Source: Antedon mediterranea
Taxonomy: Eukaryota; Animalia; Echinodermata
Length of the DNA: 64,000 bases
Direction: 5' to 3'
Assembly (NCBI RefSeq): GCF_964355755.1
Contig: NC_092670.1
Location: forward strand, 8,422,201-8,486,200
Shown here piece by piece: positions 1 through 10,799 of this stretch; the stretch's first letter is position 1, and each line of letters opens with the position of its first letter. A program made the position numbers and the translations under genes. The notes under the pieces were generated by a model that was given only the letters and a program-made list of their open reading frames with translations, had not been told where the DNA came from and did not search any database.

Positions 1-575
1 TTATTACAGTAGAATGTATATACTGCTATATTATAATATAATTAGTTTAATAAAAAAACGAAATAAATGATTTAAAATGATATGAGTATCTTTGCGTTGA
101 TTCAATCTACTTAGAAAATGCAGTCAACACAACGGCATCATCAAAATGCGTGCATACTTTCTATAAAACAAATAATACTAATCCCCTATATTGTGCTAAT
201 CACAAACAAATCAAAGCAACAATATTGAATAAAAAGAAAGTATGTCTTTGTGATGACGCTTTGATTTCATTCATTATAGAAACAATACATCATAATTATA
301 GGATAATTGGTCATTTGTCTTTGAGGCGCTTTGATTTAATGCATATAATAAAACACATAAGACAAAACATAATGTTCGGTTGCTTTTCGTAAACCAAAAA
401 GTCGGAAGATGCGTAAATCAAAGGTAATTTTGTGTCAATAGTAAAAAGTGTCCTTTGCGAAAGGCACACAATAGTTGCGCAAATAATGGTCTACTCTCTG
501 TATTAAATGGGGGGGGGGGGGTGCTAGTACGTACATGTTCACTTTCAAACTGATTTATCTTTGACTGCAACAAAA

Positions 576-863
576 ATGAACGACTGTATCCAGTGTAGAG
601 AACCTGTTAATCATCGCCAGGAGGCTGTTTTTTGCGAGGAGTGCCAACATCGAACTTGCGGTACTGGTATAACACGTGCTGCCTATCTTGCTGGTATCCG
701 CGACGGCTACATTGATTGGACGTGTAATAAATGTGTGCGACCTGTTCCAGAGGAACCTGCAGCCCAACTAGATGTCTTTGTTGGAGACCTTGGAGCATTT
801 GAAGAGCCTGCAGTTGTTGAGGAACAAAACTTACCAAACCCATATCGAGTACCAAATCAATAA
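576..863 (+). pseudogene. Short ORF with a decayed PHD-type (C4HC3) finger, probably a transposon-derived remnant
   Basis: From ATG 576: MNDCIQC..EAVFCEECQHRTC..WTCNKC, then an acidic tail. The spacing between CxxC and HxxC is shorter than in typical PHD fingers (the usual W before H is missing). No transposase core or TIR pair could be linked to it. Confidence 0.45.
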
Positions 864-1514
864 GAACAATAAAATCTTTGATCGCGTCAGAATATTATTT
901 AGCTGTTTTTTTTTTTTTTTTGCTATTTTGAAATTTCCTGTCACTGGACCCTAATAGAAATTGTTTCCTTTTGTAATGATGAATTGGGTCGTCCTAAATA
1001 TATTTTGATTTTGTCTAAAGCCTACATATCATTACAATTTTGTTTTGGCCTATTTTTTAGTGCGTTGTGTTCCTTATCAGTTGATCTTTATCAGTGGTGC
1101 TTAATTAAAAATGCAGGGCGTACCATTGGGATGTAAGTTTTAATAGAATGAGTGACACAAAATGACACAAAATGACTAAAGAAAATACTATTATTAATAG
1201 CAGTAATAGTAGTTTTAATACTACTATTATTTGTTATATAACTTTATACATCTCTATGCAGTTATTACTAACATTGAATTAATGTTATGTATATTTTCAG
1301 CATTTAAAATAATGATAAAGTTAAAACTATAAATTACTTATACAGTAATGTTTCATTCTTTTCTTAGTCACGGCTTGTAACAATATTTTCTGTGCCAGCG
1401 ACTATTAATTGGTTTGATTGAACTTTGGTTTCCATTGATTTTGTTACCCTCATTTTTAAAATCTTTTGTTTAATTAAATTCTTGACTACGTCACGTCCAC
1501 ATGTAAATTTTCAA

Positions 1515-1733
1515 TAGTCTCGGCCAATCAAAGTACAGTAGGCCAACTATTAAGCGACGAGATGTCTTTGTCAGCCATTATTTCCGCCTGGTCTGAGCAT
1601 GGAGGTATAAAATATTTTATACCTCCATGGTCTGAGTGGATGAAGGCCACTGCTACTTTATTTGTTCATTGTTATTTGTATGCAGGCAGCGAAAGAAGTG
1701 GACAAAAAGGCCGGGAACTGTACCATGGTAAGT
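1515..1733 (+). promoter_or_regulatory. Putative upstream promoter and non-coding first exon of ZNF-A
   Basis: tagtctcggccaatcaaa (CCAAT) at 1515. ggcagcgaaagaagtggac resembles the first-exon sequence of ZNF-B (7327) and ZNF-E (60725). Donor gtaagt at 1728. Confidence 0.5.
1598..1629. mobile_element. P/Galileo-type excision footprint: 32-bp perfect palindrome with 7-bp TSD
   Basis: gtctgag-CATGGAGGTATAAAAT|ATTTTATACCTCCATG-gtctgag; CANRG-type termini, 16+16 bp. Confidence 0.8.
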
Positions 1734-1815
1734 ACAACCACAACTTAATTGTTTTATGTATTTTTTCCCATTCACAATGTGTACAATTTAGTGCGGTTTG
1801 TTTTACACGTTTACG

Positions 1816-1833
1816 CATGGAGTGTACTCCATG
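1816..1833. mobile_element. P-type excision footprint (18 bp)
   Basis: gtttacg-CATGGAGTgtACTCCATG-ttttacg; TSD matches at 6 of 7 positions. Confidence 0.7.
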
Positions 1834-1867
1834 TTTTACGATGGTAACTAACTCCAAATAGTGAGAG

Positions 1868-1881
1868 CAGGGAGCTCCCTG
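1868..1881. mobile_element. P-type excision footprint (14 bp)
   Basis: gtgagag-CAGGGAG|CTCCCTG-gtgagag; perfect palindrome and perfect 7-bp TSD. Confidence 0.7.
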
Positions 1882-2105
1882 GTGAGAGGGAAGTCATGAT
1901 TCAACGACGACGTATAAATAATTATAACTCCATGATTTAATAATTATCTAGCCAACCAGCTTGTCAACATTACACAAACAAACATTGTATATTCAACAAC
2001 AAACATTTTTGCTTTCATTATAATTGTAATGTAATTATCAATAATGGCCTTGGGTCGTTATCAAACTGCACTTTTAAAGTTATTGGTTGGTCAATTATTT
2101 GCCTA

Positions 2106-2257
2106 TAGTCTCGACCAATCAAATTGAAGTACAGCATAATCTAATTATAGGTGTTTTTTCTTTGTTAGAATATCCTTGGATAAAACTGTTGTTTGCTAAG
2201 TTTTAAGCAGGAAGTGAAACAATGGCAATCACCGAGAAGACGGCAGTGTAGGTAAGT
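2106..2257 (+). promoter_or_regulatory. Second putative promoter and first exon of ZNF-A
   Basis: tagtctcgaccaatcaaa (CCAAT) at 2106, ETS-like caggaagtg near 2208, donor ag|gtaagt at 2252, candidate acceptor tttacag ending at 2718 upstream of ATG 2827. Confidence 0.5.
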
Positions 2258-2826
2258 ACCAGGATTTTGTTGTGTATTTTTGTTTATGCAATTGCACTAA
2301 ACAGTAACTTGTGTATATTTTAATGCAGTAAGTTGTGGATTCCGTAAGTTGTTTAAAAATGTTTTAAAATATACATACATTTTTTACTTTAATTCTTCCA
2401 AATTTTACGATCTTTTATATCTATATAATATATCGGTATATCTTTATTCAAATGACACAAGCAGCCAATGACTGAAACCGTAGTCGTACAATATTAAAGA
2501 CAATCATGATAAAAACAGGTAAAAAAAATACTTTAAAAAGCCGGTACTAGGCTCCTTCAAGCCTAGAGTAATCGATCGATCCAAACCCACAAGTTTTTTG
2601 ATGAACAGTGCATGTTTACTTTATGTTATTGCCTACTTTACTACCCCTTATTCAATATATGCCACGCTGTACTTTTGGTAAATTTTATTTATATTTATTG
2701 GATTTTTTAAATTTACAGTACAGTAGGCCTATAATTATGAAGAAATGTCATCGCAATTAGGACGAACTCAACAGCAACATTAACTTTTAAAAATCATTAA
2801 AAAAAGATTTTTTATTGAACATCAGC

Positions 2827-4848
2827 ATGGAGTTCAAATGTGAACACTGTGGAGATAAATTTGAGTTAAGTGATTTGAAGGAGCATTTAGGAATACATGT
2901 CCGTTTTAAAGAGTTAAAATGTGAAAACACAAACGAAGTTGAACCACAAGATAAGACACCCTATGAGAAAGAAGGTGAGAATTTGGAAATAAACGCTGCC
3001 ATAGAAACTTCATATAAATGTGAACATTGTGGGAAGCAATTTGGACAAAAAGAAGATTTGAAACAACATTTGCAAATACACAGAGAAGAGAAACCATATG
3101 AATGTGAACAATGTAATAAAAGATTTAAACAGAATGCGAATTTGAAGAAACATTTGAGAATTCACACAGGAGAGACACCATATGAATGTGAGCATTGTGA
3201 GAAAAAATTTAAAGAAAGGGGGAATTTGAACAAACATTTGCGTTTACACTCAGGAGAGACACCGTACGAATGTGAACATTGTGGTAAAAAATTTAAATGT
3301 AGCGAGAATTTGAAAAAACATTTGAGAATACACACAGGAAAAAAACCTTATGAATGTGAACATTGTGGGAAGAAATTTGCACAAAGCGGGGCAATGAAAA
3401 CTCATGTCAGAATTCACACAGGAGAAAAACCATATGAATGTGAACAATGTGGGAAGAAATTTGGAGCTAGTGGTTCTTTAAAAAAACATCTGAGAGTACA
3501 TACTGGAGAAAAACCATTTGAATGTAAATATTGTTCAAAGAAATTTAGCTCTAAAAAATATTTAATAGTACACACACGGTTACACACAGGAGAGCAACTA
3601 TATGAATGTGAATATTGTGGGAAGAAAATTAACAATAAAGAAAACTGGAGAAAACATGTGATGCTACACACAGGAGAGAGACCATATGAATGTGAGCATT
3701 GTGGAAAGAAATTTAGAGGTAATGGAAATTTAAAATTACATTTGAGAATTCACACTGGAGAGAAACCATTTGAATGTGAATATTGTGGGAAGAAATTTAA
3801 CGATAAAGGACAATGGAAAAAACATGTGATGCTACACACAGGAGAGAGACCATATGGATGTGAGCATTGTGGAAAGAAATTTAGAGGCAATAAAAATTTT
3901 AAATTACATTTGAGAATTCACACTGGAGAGAAACCATTTGAATGTGAACATTGTGGTAAGAAATTCCAATGGCGGGAGACCTTCAAAAATCATTTGAGAA
4001 TACACACAGGAGAAACACCTTATGGATGTGAACATTGTGGGATGAAATTTAAAGGAGGAAACCAATTGGAAATACATTTGAGAATTCACACAAAAATAAC
4101 GCCACCATCTCATAATTTGGAACAGAACAAAGGTAATGTAAATGTAAAATCACCGTTGAAAATACTCAGAGCGACACCATCTGGATCTTATGGATGTGAA
4201 CAAAAATTTATAAATAATTTTATAACACACAAGAGAGAGACAGAATCTAAATGTGAACATTGTGGAATAAAATTCGAAACTATTGAATATTTAAAATCGC
4301 ATTTGAGAATACACATAAAAAAGGAAATACCGTCTTATGAATGTGAACAGAAATGTATAACTAATTTTATAACCTACAAGAAAGAGACACCATATGGAAT
4401 GGAACATAAAAGAGAGACACCATATGGAAAGGAACATAAAGAGAAGACACCATATGGAATGGAACATAAAGAAAATAGTACACCACATGAAATAGAACAT
4501 AAAGGAGAGACACCATATGAAATGGAACATAAAGGAGATATACCATATGAAATGGAACATAAAGGAGAGACACCATATGAAATGGAACATAAAGGCGATA
4601 TACCATATGAAATGGAATATAAAGGAGATATACCATATGAAATGGAACATAAAGGAGAGACACCATATGAAATGGAATATAAAGGAGAGATACCATATGA
4701 ATTTGAACATACAGGAGACACATCATATGGAATGGAACATTTAATACACAGAACACAGATACCATATGAAATGGAACAATTAATAGGCATAGGCCTACAC
4801 ACAGGAGAAACACCATATGAGATGGGAACATTGTGGGATCGAATTTAA
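2827..4848 (+). CDS. C2H2 zinc-finger protein ZNF-A: atypical N-terminal finger, 13 tandem fingers, one isolated finger, C-terminal 10-aa repeat
   Basis: Uninterrupted ORF from ATG 2827 (the track starts at an upstream TTG). Repeated CxxC-x12-HxxxH with TGE(K/T)PY linkers. Confidence 0.92.
   Translation: MEFKCEHCGDKFELSDLKEHLGIHVRFKELKCENTNEVEPQDKTPYEKEGENLEINAAIETSYKCEHCGKQFGQKEDLKQHLQIHREEKPYECEQCNKRFKQNANLKKHLRIHTGETPYECEHCEKKFKERGNLNKHLRLHSGETPYECEHCGKKFKCSENLKKHLRIHTGKKPYECEHCGKKFAQSGAMKTHVRIHTGEKPYECEQCGKKFGASGSLKKHLRVHTGEKPFECKYCSKKFSSKKYLIVHTRLHTGEQLYECEYCGKKINNKENWRKHVMLHTGERPYECEHCGKKFRGNGNLKLHLRIHTGEKPFECEYCGKKFNDKGQWKKHVMLHTGERPYGCEHCGKKFRGNKNFKLHLRIHTGEKPFECEHCGKKFQWRETFKNHLRIHTGETPYGCEHCGMKFKGGNQLEIHLRIHTKITPPSHNLEQNKGNVNVKSPLKILRATPSGSYGCEQKFINNFITHKRETESKCEHCGIKFETIEYLKSHLRIHIKKEIPSYECEQKCITNFITYKKETPYGMEHKRETPYGKEHKEKTPYGMEHKENSTPHEIEHKGETPYEMEHKGDIPYEMEHKGETPYEMEHKGDIPYEMEYKGDIPYEMEHKGETPYEMEYKGEIPYEFEHTGDTSYGMEHLIHRTQIPYEMEQLIGIGLHTGETPYEMGTLWDRI
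4378..4825 (+). repeat. In-frame 30-bp tandem repeat encoding HKGETPYEME, derived from the finger linker
   Basis: Unit aaaggagagacaccatatgaaatggaacat, more than 10 copies, degenerating at both ends. Confidence 0.9.
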
Positions 4849-5505
4849 CCAGAATGACAATTACATTATACTATTAATTTAACCATATCAAGTTTACTAG
4901 GGGGCCATATAAAGTTTATCCTACTGCCGTAACTACACTTAGGCATACTTGTAGGAGGGATCGAGGGGAGGGTGTAATGTTTATCGCAGTGACTATCTCA
5001 AATAACCTCATCCGTTCAGTAGTATAACTTTTGACCTGATCCTTAATTTTACTGTAAATATATTTAGAAGAATACATTGGTTAGATAATGTTTAAACTAT
5101 AAGTTACTAATAAGTTACTAATACTGTAAAGATGTATTGTCCCCCAAACCGGTTAAAATCAATCAAAAACACATTGTCTTCCAGACAATTTGTCTGCTTT
5201 AGCTTTCAGTTTTTTTTACGTTAATATTTTTTTTCCGATCCAATTTGTGGTGAATAGTGAAGTGAATAACTATTATGTAACATTAAAATGGCATATTCAA
5301 CAAAACATTTAACAAAATTATTTTTTTCAGATTCAAAATATACCTTTAAACAATTAATTAATTTGTGCAGACATATGTCTTTTTTTTGTTTATAAACAAT
5401 TAGCGTCATTATGACAGGGTACAGATGATGGTTGAAGTTAAACATGTTTGACATTAAATCTTTCGTTTTTTGATCATTTTTCTTTGTCTTTTTGTTTCAA
5501 TTTAA

Positions 5506-5627
5506 AACAAGGCCATATAGGTGGCTGGCTGCAGTCGCGTGCTCAAGTTAGTGTTTATGACCAACCTACCGACCAACCGACGGACCGACATAGTGAGTTG
5601 TAGAGTCGCGCTGCACGCGACTAAAAA
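5506..5627 (-). mobile_element. Short Helentron-associated (HINE/DINE-1-like) element
   Basis: On the minus strand: tttttAGTCGCGTGC subTIR with adjacent inverted copy, (GTCG/GTCC)n microsatellite, 3' subTIR gcacgcgact, end ggccttgtt. A related copy lies at 60072-60180. Confidence 0.7.
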
Positions 5628-6118
5628 CTTCAGTTCCTGTTTTAATACGGAGGTTGGAGAAAACGTTAGAAAATGTATTCGTACGTTCATGAAAAGCGGA
5701 ATAATATCTAATTTTTCTACATAATTGCAAGACGTTCAGCGTACATTCGAACACTGTAGCCTACCTTTTACAATTATTATAACAATTGGTAACGTAACAA
5801 AAGTCAACCAATAAAGTAAAAACAGTACTTTTTTGTAAGTGTGTGTGTCTATTTTCTATTGTTTGTTTCTTCTGTTGGATATTAATGGTGCTAAATCTTT
5901 TACATGAACGGAAGATGGAATCGTATTAATAGTAATAAAAGAGTATGCAAATTATGATGAATACTTTCGTTTGTCCCTTTTATTCAGATAATATTAGAAC
6001 TAAATATATGATTTCCTTTAATTCAAATAACACAAATTGAAATATATTTATCGTTGTCTGCTACAAATACTAATCTAGTGTTGTTTTAATTTAGACGTTC
6101 TAAAAGGAAAGCATGATG

Positions 6119-6943
6119 GTCAAATGAACAATGTGTAAGTTTATTTGTAGTTATTTGAATTACTGAAACAAATTGTAATACAGTAATTCGTATTAAAAAT
6201 ATATAATTTGCTATTTACCACTTTCAGCTGAATATGCCTCACTTTAGTCAAATGAACAATGTGTAAGTTTATTTGTAATTATTTGAATTACTGAAACAAA
6301 TTGTAATACTTCTTCTTCTCTAGACTTCTGGTCAAGGGCATTTATACAGCACATAGGCCAGAGGCCCGAAGTAAACCGATATCTTTTCTCCTTTCTGCCT
6401 ACAGGTATCAGGAGACATCAGCGACATTCATCCAGATGAGCACCATGAAATAATATGTAATAATATGTTCTTGTTGTGAGTTTTTAATATTGGTATTGTT
6501 GTATTGTCATGTTATTTTATATATTGTAATTATGATGTATTTGAAGACGAGCAATGTAAATTTTCTCCTTGTGGGAACGAATAAAGATTATACTTGATAC
6601 TTGATACTTGATACTTGTACATATTATTATATTATTTACAAAAATTAGATGCAGAAAGAAATATTTCTTTTTTTAATTCACAAAAAATGTATTTAGACAT
6701 ATTTTCCATTAAAGTGATATTTCTGGAAGCCATTAAAATAATGAACTTACTTTCAGAAGGGAAATTATAAAACTAAACTGGTAATAACTCATGACGTAAC
6801 TTATTTAGAATGGACAAATTAACAGAAAGTGATATTCATCATCTATGTTATTGCTATGACATAATTTATATATTCTATAGTAATTCGTATTAAAAATACA
6901 TAATTTGCTTTTTACCACTTTCAGCTGAATATGCCTCACTTTT
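6119..6943. repeat. Tandem duplication of about 129 bp whose second copy is interrupted by a ~570-bp insert with LINE-tail-like simple repeats
   Basis: 6119-6181 recurs at 6248-6309 and 6182-6245 recurs at 6879-6943. The insert begins with (CTT)n and contains aataaa plus (ACTTGAT)n at about 6580-6617. Confidence 0.6.
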
Positions 6944-7259
6944 TATTGAGGGTAAGTGTTCAATTAAAACAGATCAGATGATAATTTAAAAGTTATATTG
7001 TTCTGTTTCAAAACAAATTGACTTAATATATAATAGTCAATTAACACAACCTTTACAATTATACACAAATATTTTTTTGAAAAAGTAGAATTTCAAAAGT
7101 ATTATAAAGGCGTGTATCCTACTGTATTATGCAATTTCTATTGTAGTGTTCAATCAAGTCCACCCAATTTCATCGCCACGCCACTCTAACAATTGTTTTA
7201 TGTTATTGTCCCGGTGGGTGCATTACAATCAATTAGTAAAATAATCTAATTTGCATATA

Positions 7260-7369
7260 CAGTCTCAGCCAATTACGTGTCCTGCCGGTCTTGCTGAAGA
7301 CTTCTTTTCCTCCCATTCCATTAATAGGCAGCAAGTGGACGACTGATGAGAGACGATAATTAGGTAGGT
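7260..7369 (+). promoter_or_regulatory. Putative promoter and first exon of ZNF-B
   Basis: agtctcagccaat box; ggcagc..gactga..agacgataat shared with the ZNF-E upstream region; donor ag|gtaggt at 7364; polypyrimidine acceptor tttttatttag ending at 8155. Confidence 0.55.
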
Positions 7370-8238
7370 AGGTAGGTAGGGTTGCCACAACTAAGTTTAA
7401 ACTTTTATACGTTAATTGTTGCCCTTCCAAGTTTTTACGAATTGTTGTGTTTGCCTAAATTGTCTATACTCTACACCCATTTCTGTTGTTTTCTTTTTCT
7501 CCTTACTTTTTGAAAAGTTTACTTGTGTTCAACATTCTAAATACTATTAGCAGCATAAACGTTGAGGTACTCAATTGAGGGACTGTGTATTAGCAAAGGA
7601 AAAGAGGAGTTTTTTTATGATTCGTACACATTTAAATATTTTAGATGTATTCACTATTTCTTTCAATTGAGGCAATCACGGTGTATAATGTTACATGTAT
7701 GTATTTGGACCATGTTTCTTACGACGATACGAGAACTACAGTACTGTATAGATTAAAAACAGGTTTTCCGATTCCCTATACATTTTCAGTGTAAATATAA
7801 ATTATTCTAATTTATAAATAATAGCGGAACCAGAAGGCAGGATATAAAAGTTGTAAAATGAAGTGAAGTGTCCAATATTTTACATTAAAATTGAGGGGTG
7901 TGGGGCTTCCCCTTCCTTCTGGATCCATGACGTGAAAAGTTACCCACTGCGTCCGTTCTTCGATTCTTTCTGGAAAGCTTGGACAGCTTTACCTCAGGCG
8001 GCTGGTGAATGTTGTTACATCTCCCTGGTTAAATGTACTAATGGGAACTTTTCCACTTTGATCCACGTGTACCAGTAGGCCTACGTGTACTGAAAAATAC
8101 AGGGTTTATTATTTCCATTCTTTTTATAATCTTTTTCTTTCAAATTTTTATTTAGATATATGTGGAGAACGACGATTGAAATTTGACTTTATTGATAAAC
8201 AAAAACTAATCGATCAAGTAAAAAAGAGGAAAACCAAC

Positions 8239-9411
8239 ATGAAGTACAAATGTGAACACTGTGGAGATAAATTTAAGTTAAGTGATTTGAAGGAACATTT
8301 AGGAATACATGTGCATTTTAAAGAGTTAAAAGACTACGAGCATTTTCAACTACATGATCAAAAACGAAAAGAAATTGAGAATTTGGAAATACACACCACC
8401 GAAGAAACTTCATTTGAACATTTTGGGAATAAAGAAAATGAGAATTTAGGAGTATGCACCGATGAAGAAACTTCGTATGAATGTGAAAATTGTGGAATGC
8501 AATTTAACAAAATTGATGTTTTAAATAAACATTTGAAAATACACACAAGCGAGACACCATATGAATGTGAACATTGTGGAAAAAATTTTAAACAGAATGC
8601 TAATTTCAAAAAACATTTGAGAATTCACACAGGAGAAACACCATATGAATGTGAACATTGTAGGAAGAAATTTAAAGAAAGGGGGAATTTGAATAAACAT
8701 TTGAGAGTACACACAGGAGAGAAACCATATGAATGTGAACATTGTGGAAAGAAATTTAGCTGCAGTCAGAATTTGAAAAAACATTTGAGAGTACACACAG
8801 GAGAAACACCATATGAATGTGAACATTGTGGAAGAAAATTTAAACAAAGTGGAAAATTAAAAGTACACGTTAGATCTCACACGGGAGAGACGCCATTTGA
8901 ATGTGAACAATGTGGTAAGAAATTCAAAGCTAATGCAAATTTGAAAGATCATTTTAGAGTACATACAGAAGAGACGCCATATGAATGTATATTTTGTACA
9001 AAGAAATTTAAGTCTAATGGGTCTTTAAACTCACATTTGAAATTACACACAGGAAACTTACCATATGAATGTGAACAATGTGGGAGGAAATGTGCCTCTA
9101 ATGGAATATTAAAAAAACATTTGAGAATTCACAGAGAAGAGAGACCATATGAATGTGAACATTGTGGGAAGACATTTAAAACAAATGAAGGATTAAAATC
9201 ACATTTGAAAACACATGGAGAGCCACGGTATAAATGCGAATATTGTGGAGTGAAATACCAAGATAAAAGGTGCTTCCAAATGCATTTGGAAAGACACACA
9301 ATAGGGAATGAATGTGAAGATTATATTATCAAATCCAATTGCAATGATATGTTTAACTTACGCACAGAAGAGACATCGCATGGTAACATTTATAACTTGC
9401 ATACATTTTAA
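8239..9411 (+). CDS. C2H2 zinc-finger protein ZNF-B: atypical N-terminal finger, acidic spacer, 10 tandem fingers
   Basis: ATG 8239 ([12 protein letters not shown]..) is homologous to the starts of the paralogs; ORF intact to TAA 9411. Confidence 0.92.
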   Translation: MKYKCEHCGDKFKLSDLKEHLGIHVHFKELKDYEHFQLHDQKRKEIENLEIHTTEETSFEHFGNKENENLGVCTDEETSYECENCGMQFNKIDVLNKHLKIHTSETPYECEHCGKNFKQNANFKKHLRIHTGETPYECEHCRKKFKERGNLNKHLRVHTGEKPYECEHCGKKFSCSQNLKKHLRVHTGETPYECEHCGRKFKQSGKLKVHVRSHTGETPFECEQCGKKFKANANLKDHFRVHTEETPYECIFCTKKFKSNGSLNSHLKLHTGNLPYECEQCGRKCASNGILKKHLRIHREERPYECEHCGKTFKTNEGLKSHLKTHGEPRYKCEYCGVKYQDKRCFQMHLERHTIGNECEDYIIKSNCNDMFNLRTEETSHGNIYNLHTF

Positions 9412-10799
9412 ATAACATGTGAGAATACACACAAGAGAGCCGAACATTGTGTACACAATGTGTAATGTCTCTATTTTAATTTTACAGCGAATAATATTAA
9501 GATACCAGTGCATTTTAGAATAACAGAAGAAATTGAGCGTTATTTATTTTTTCCATTAAAAGTATTTTTCTTGTATTAAATAAGTTTTAATTTGATTGGC
9601 CTTGATTGATTTCTTGTAGGAAAGAACATCTATGAATTTTACATCATTTTTAGGAGGTTGATGTTATGACATAGGTTTTAAACGAATAATACTGCTTTTT
9701 AATAAGTGTCAATTTTATCATACAATGTGAATACTGTACGTTGTATTACTATTTCAAATCGTTTTGTTTAATATCTGCTTCTTTTTTGTTATGTTTGCCC
9801 ATTTTTTAGCAACAGTAGTTTTGGCCAATCACAAAACAGTACAAGTTCTACCGTACAGTGTGTACTGTATGAAATCGCACACAATTTCAATACTGGTATG
9901 TTATGTATCGTACTGTATTTGTTAAGTTATGTTGTTGTGAAGTGTTGGACTTAAACCACACAAAATGATTCATTTTCGTTCTATTGTATATAGCTTTGGT
10001 TTTTATTATTTATTGTTCTAATTTTGTGGCTGTAACGCTTAACCCTCTACTACAATAAATTGAAGATGTCCTATACCATTCTCTATTTGCCTTTACTAAT
10101 CGCACCGATTTTTCTTTACGATAGCTAAATGTGTTAAAATAATATTACACAAAAGACAACACAGGCACACTTAAGTTATGTCGTTATTGCTATTTTAATT
10201 ATATTTAATTTGGTATATGATGCAAAGGCAAAGTTATTCTTTATTTGCTACTTAAATTTAAAGTTACAATATTCATCACTGATCACTCAGTAGAAATTGT
10301 TATTTTCATTTGCAAGCTTGCATTAAACCTTAAGAAATAACATTTTCATAAATAGGCCTAAAGACATTTTTATAAAATTTCTTAATTTAAAACAATAAAA
10401 GGCGTAGGCCTATAATTGAAAAAAGAATGAGGCCTAAAATAGATTTTTTTTTTAATAATTAGGCTATACAGTAACATAGAAGAAATGTTTTTCCGATGGC
10501 TGACGGCTAGTGACAATGAATTGAGACGGATCACCAACTTGGTCGGTCTTCAGTAAGTTGATATAAGTAGGCCTAGTCCTGGTCCTGGTCTCCGAGCACT
10601 TTTCTATTTTTCCTTGCATTCTAGTAAAATTTTAGAAATAATATACAGTAGGCCTATATAGGCTCCTACAAAACAAAAATTATTATGAACAGAATAAATT
10701 ATTCAAATGAAGAAACTCTTTGAATCTTACTATAATTTCATTTAAATCTAAACTACTAGTAGTATTCGGTTGACGTTGATTAATTCCATTGACGCCTCA

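Noticed and set aside
1898-1941. Possible fourth P-type footprint ending in tataactccatg
   Set aside because: The left arm matches only about 9 of 15 positions and the TSD is ambiguous.
7823-7930. Short imperfect inverted repeat (gcggaaccagaagg / ccttctggatcc), possible hAT MITE relic
   Set aside because: Termini too degraded and no TSD recoverable.
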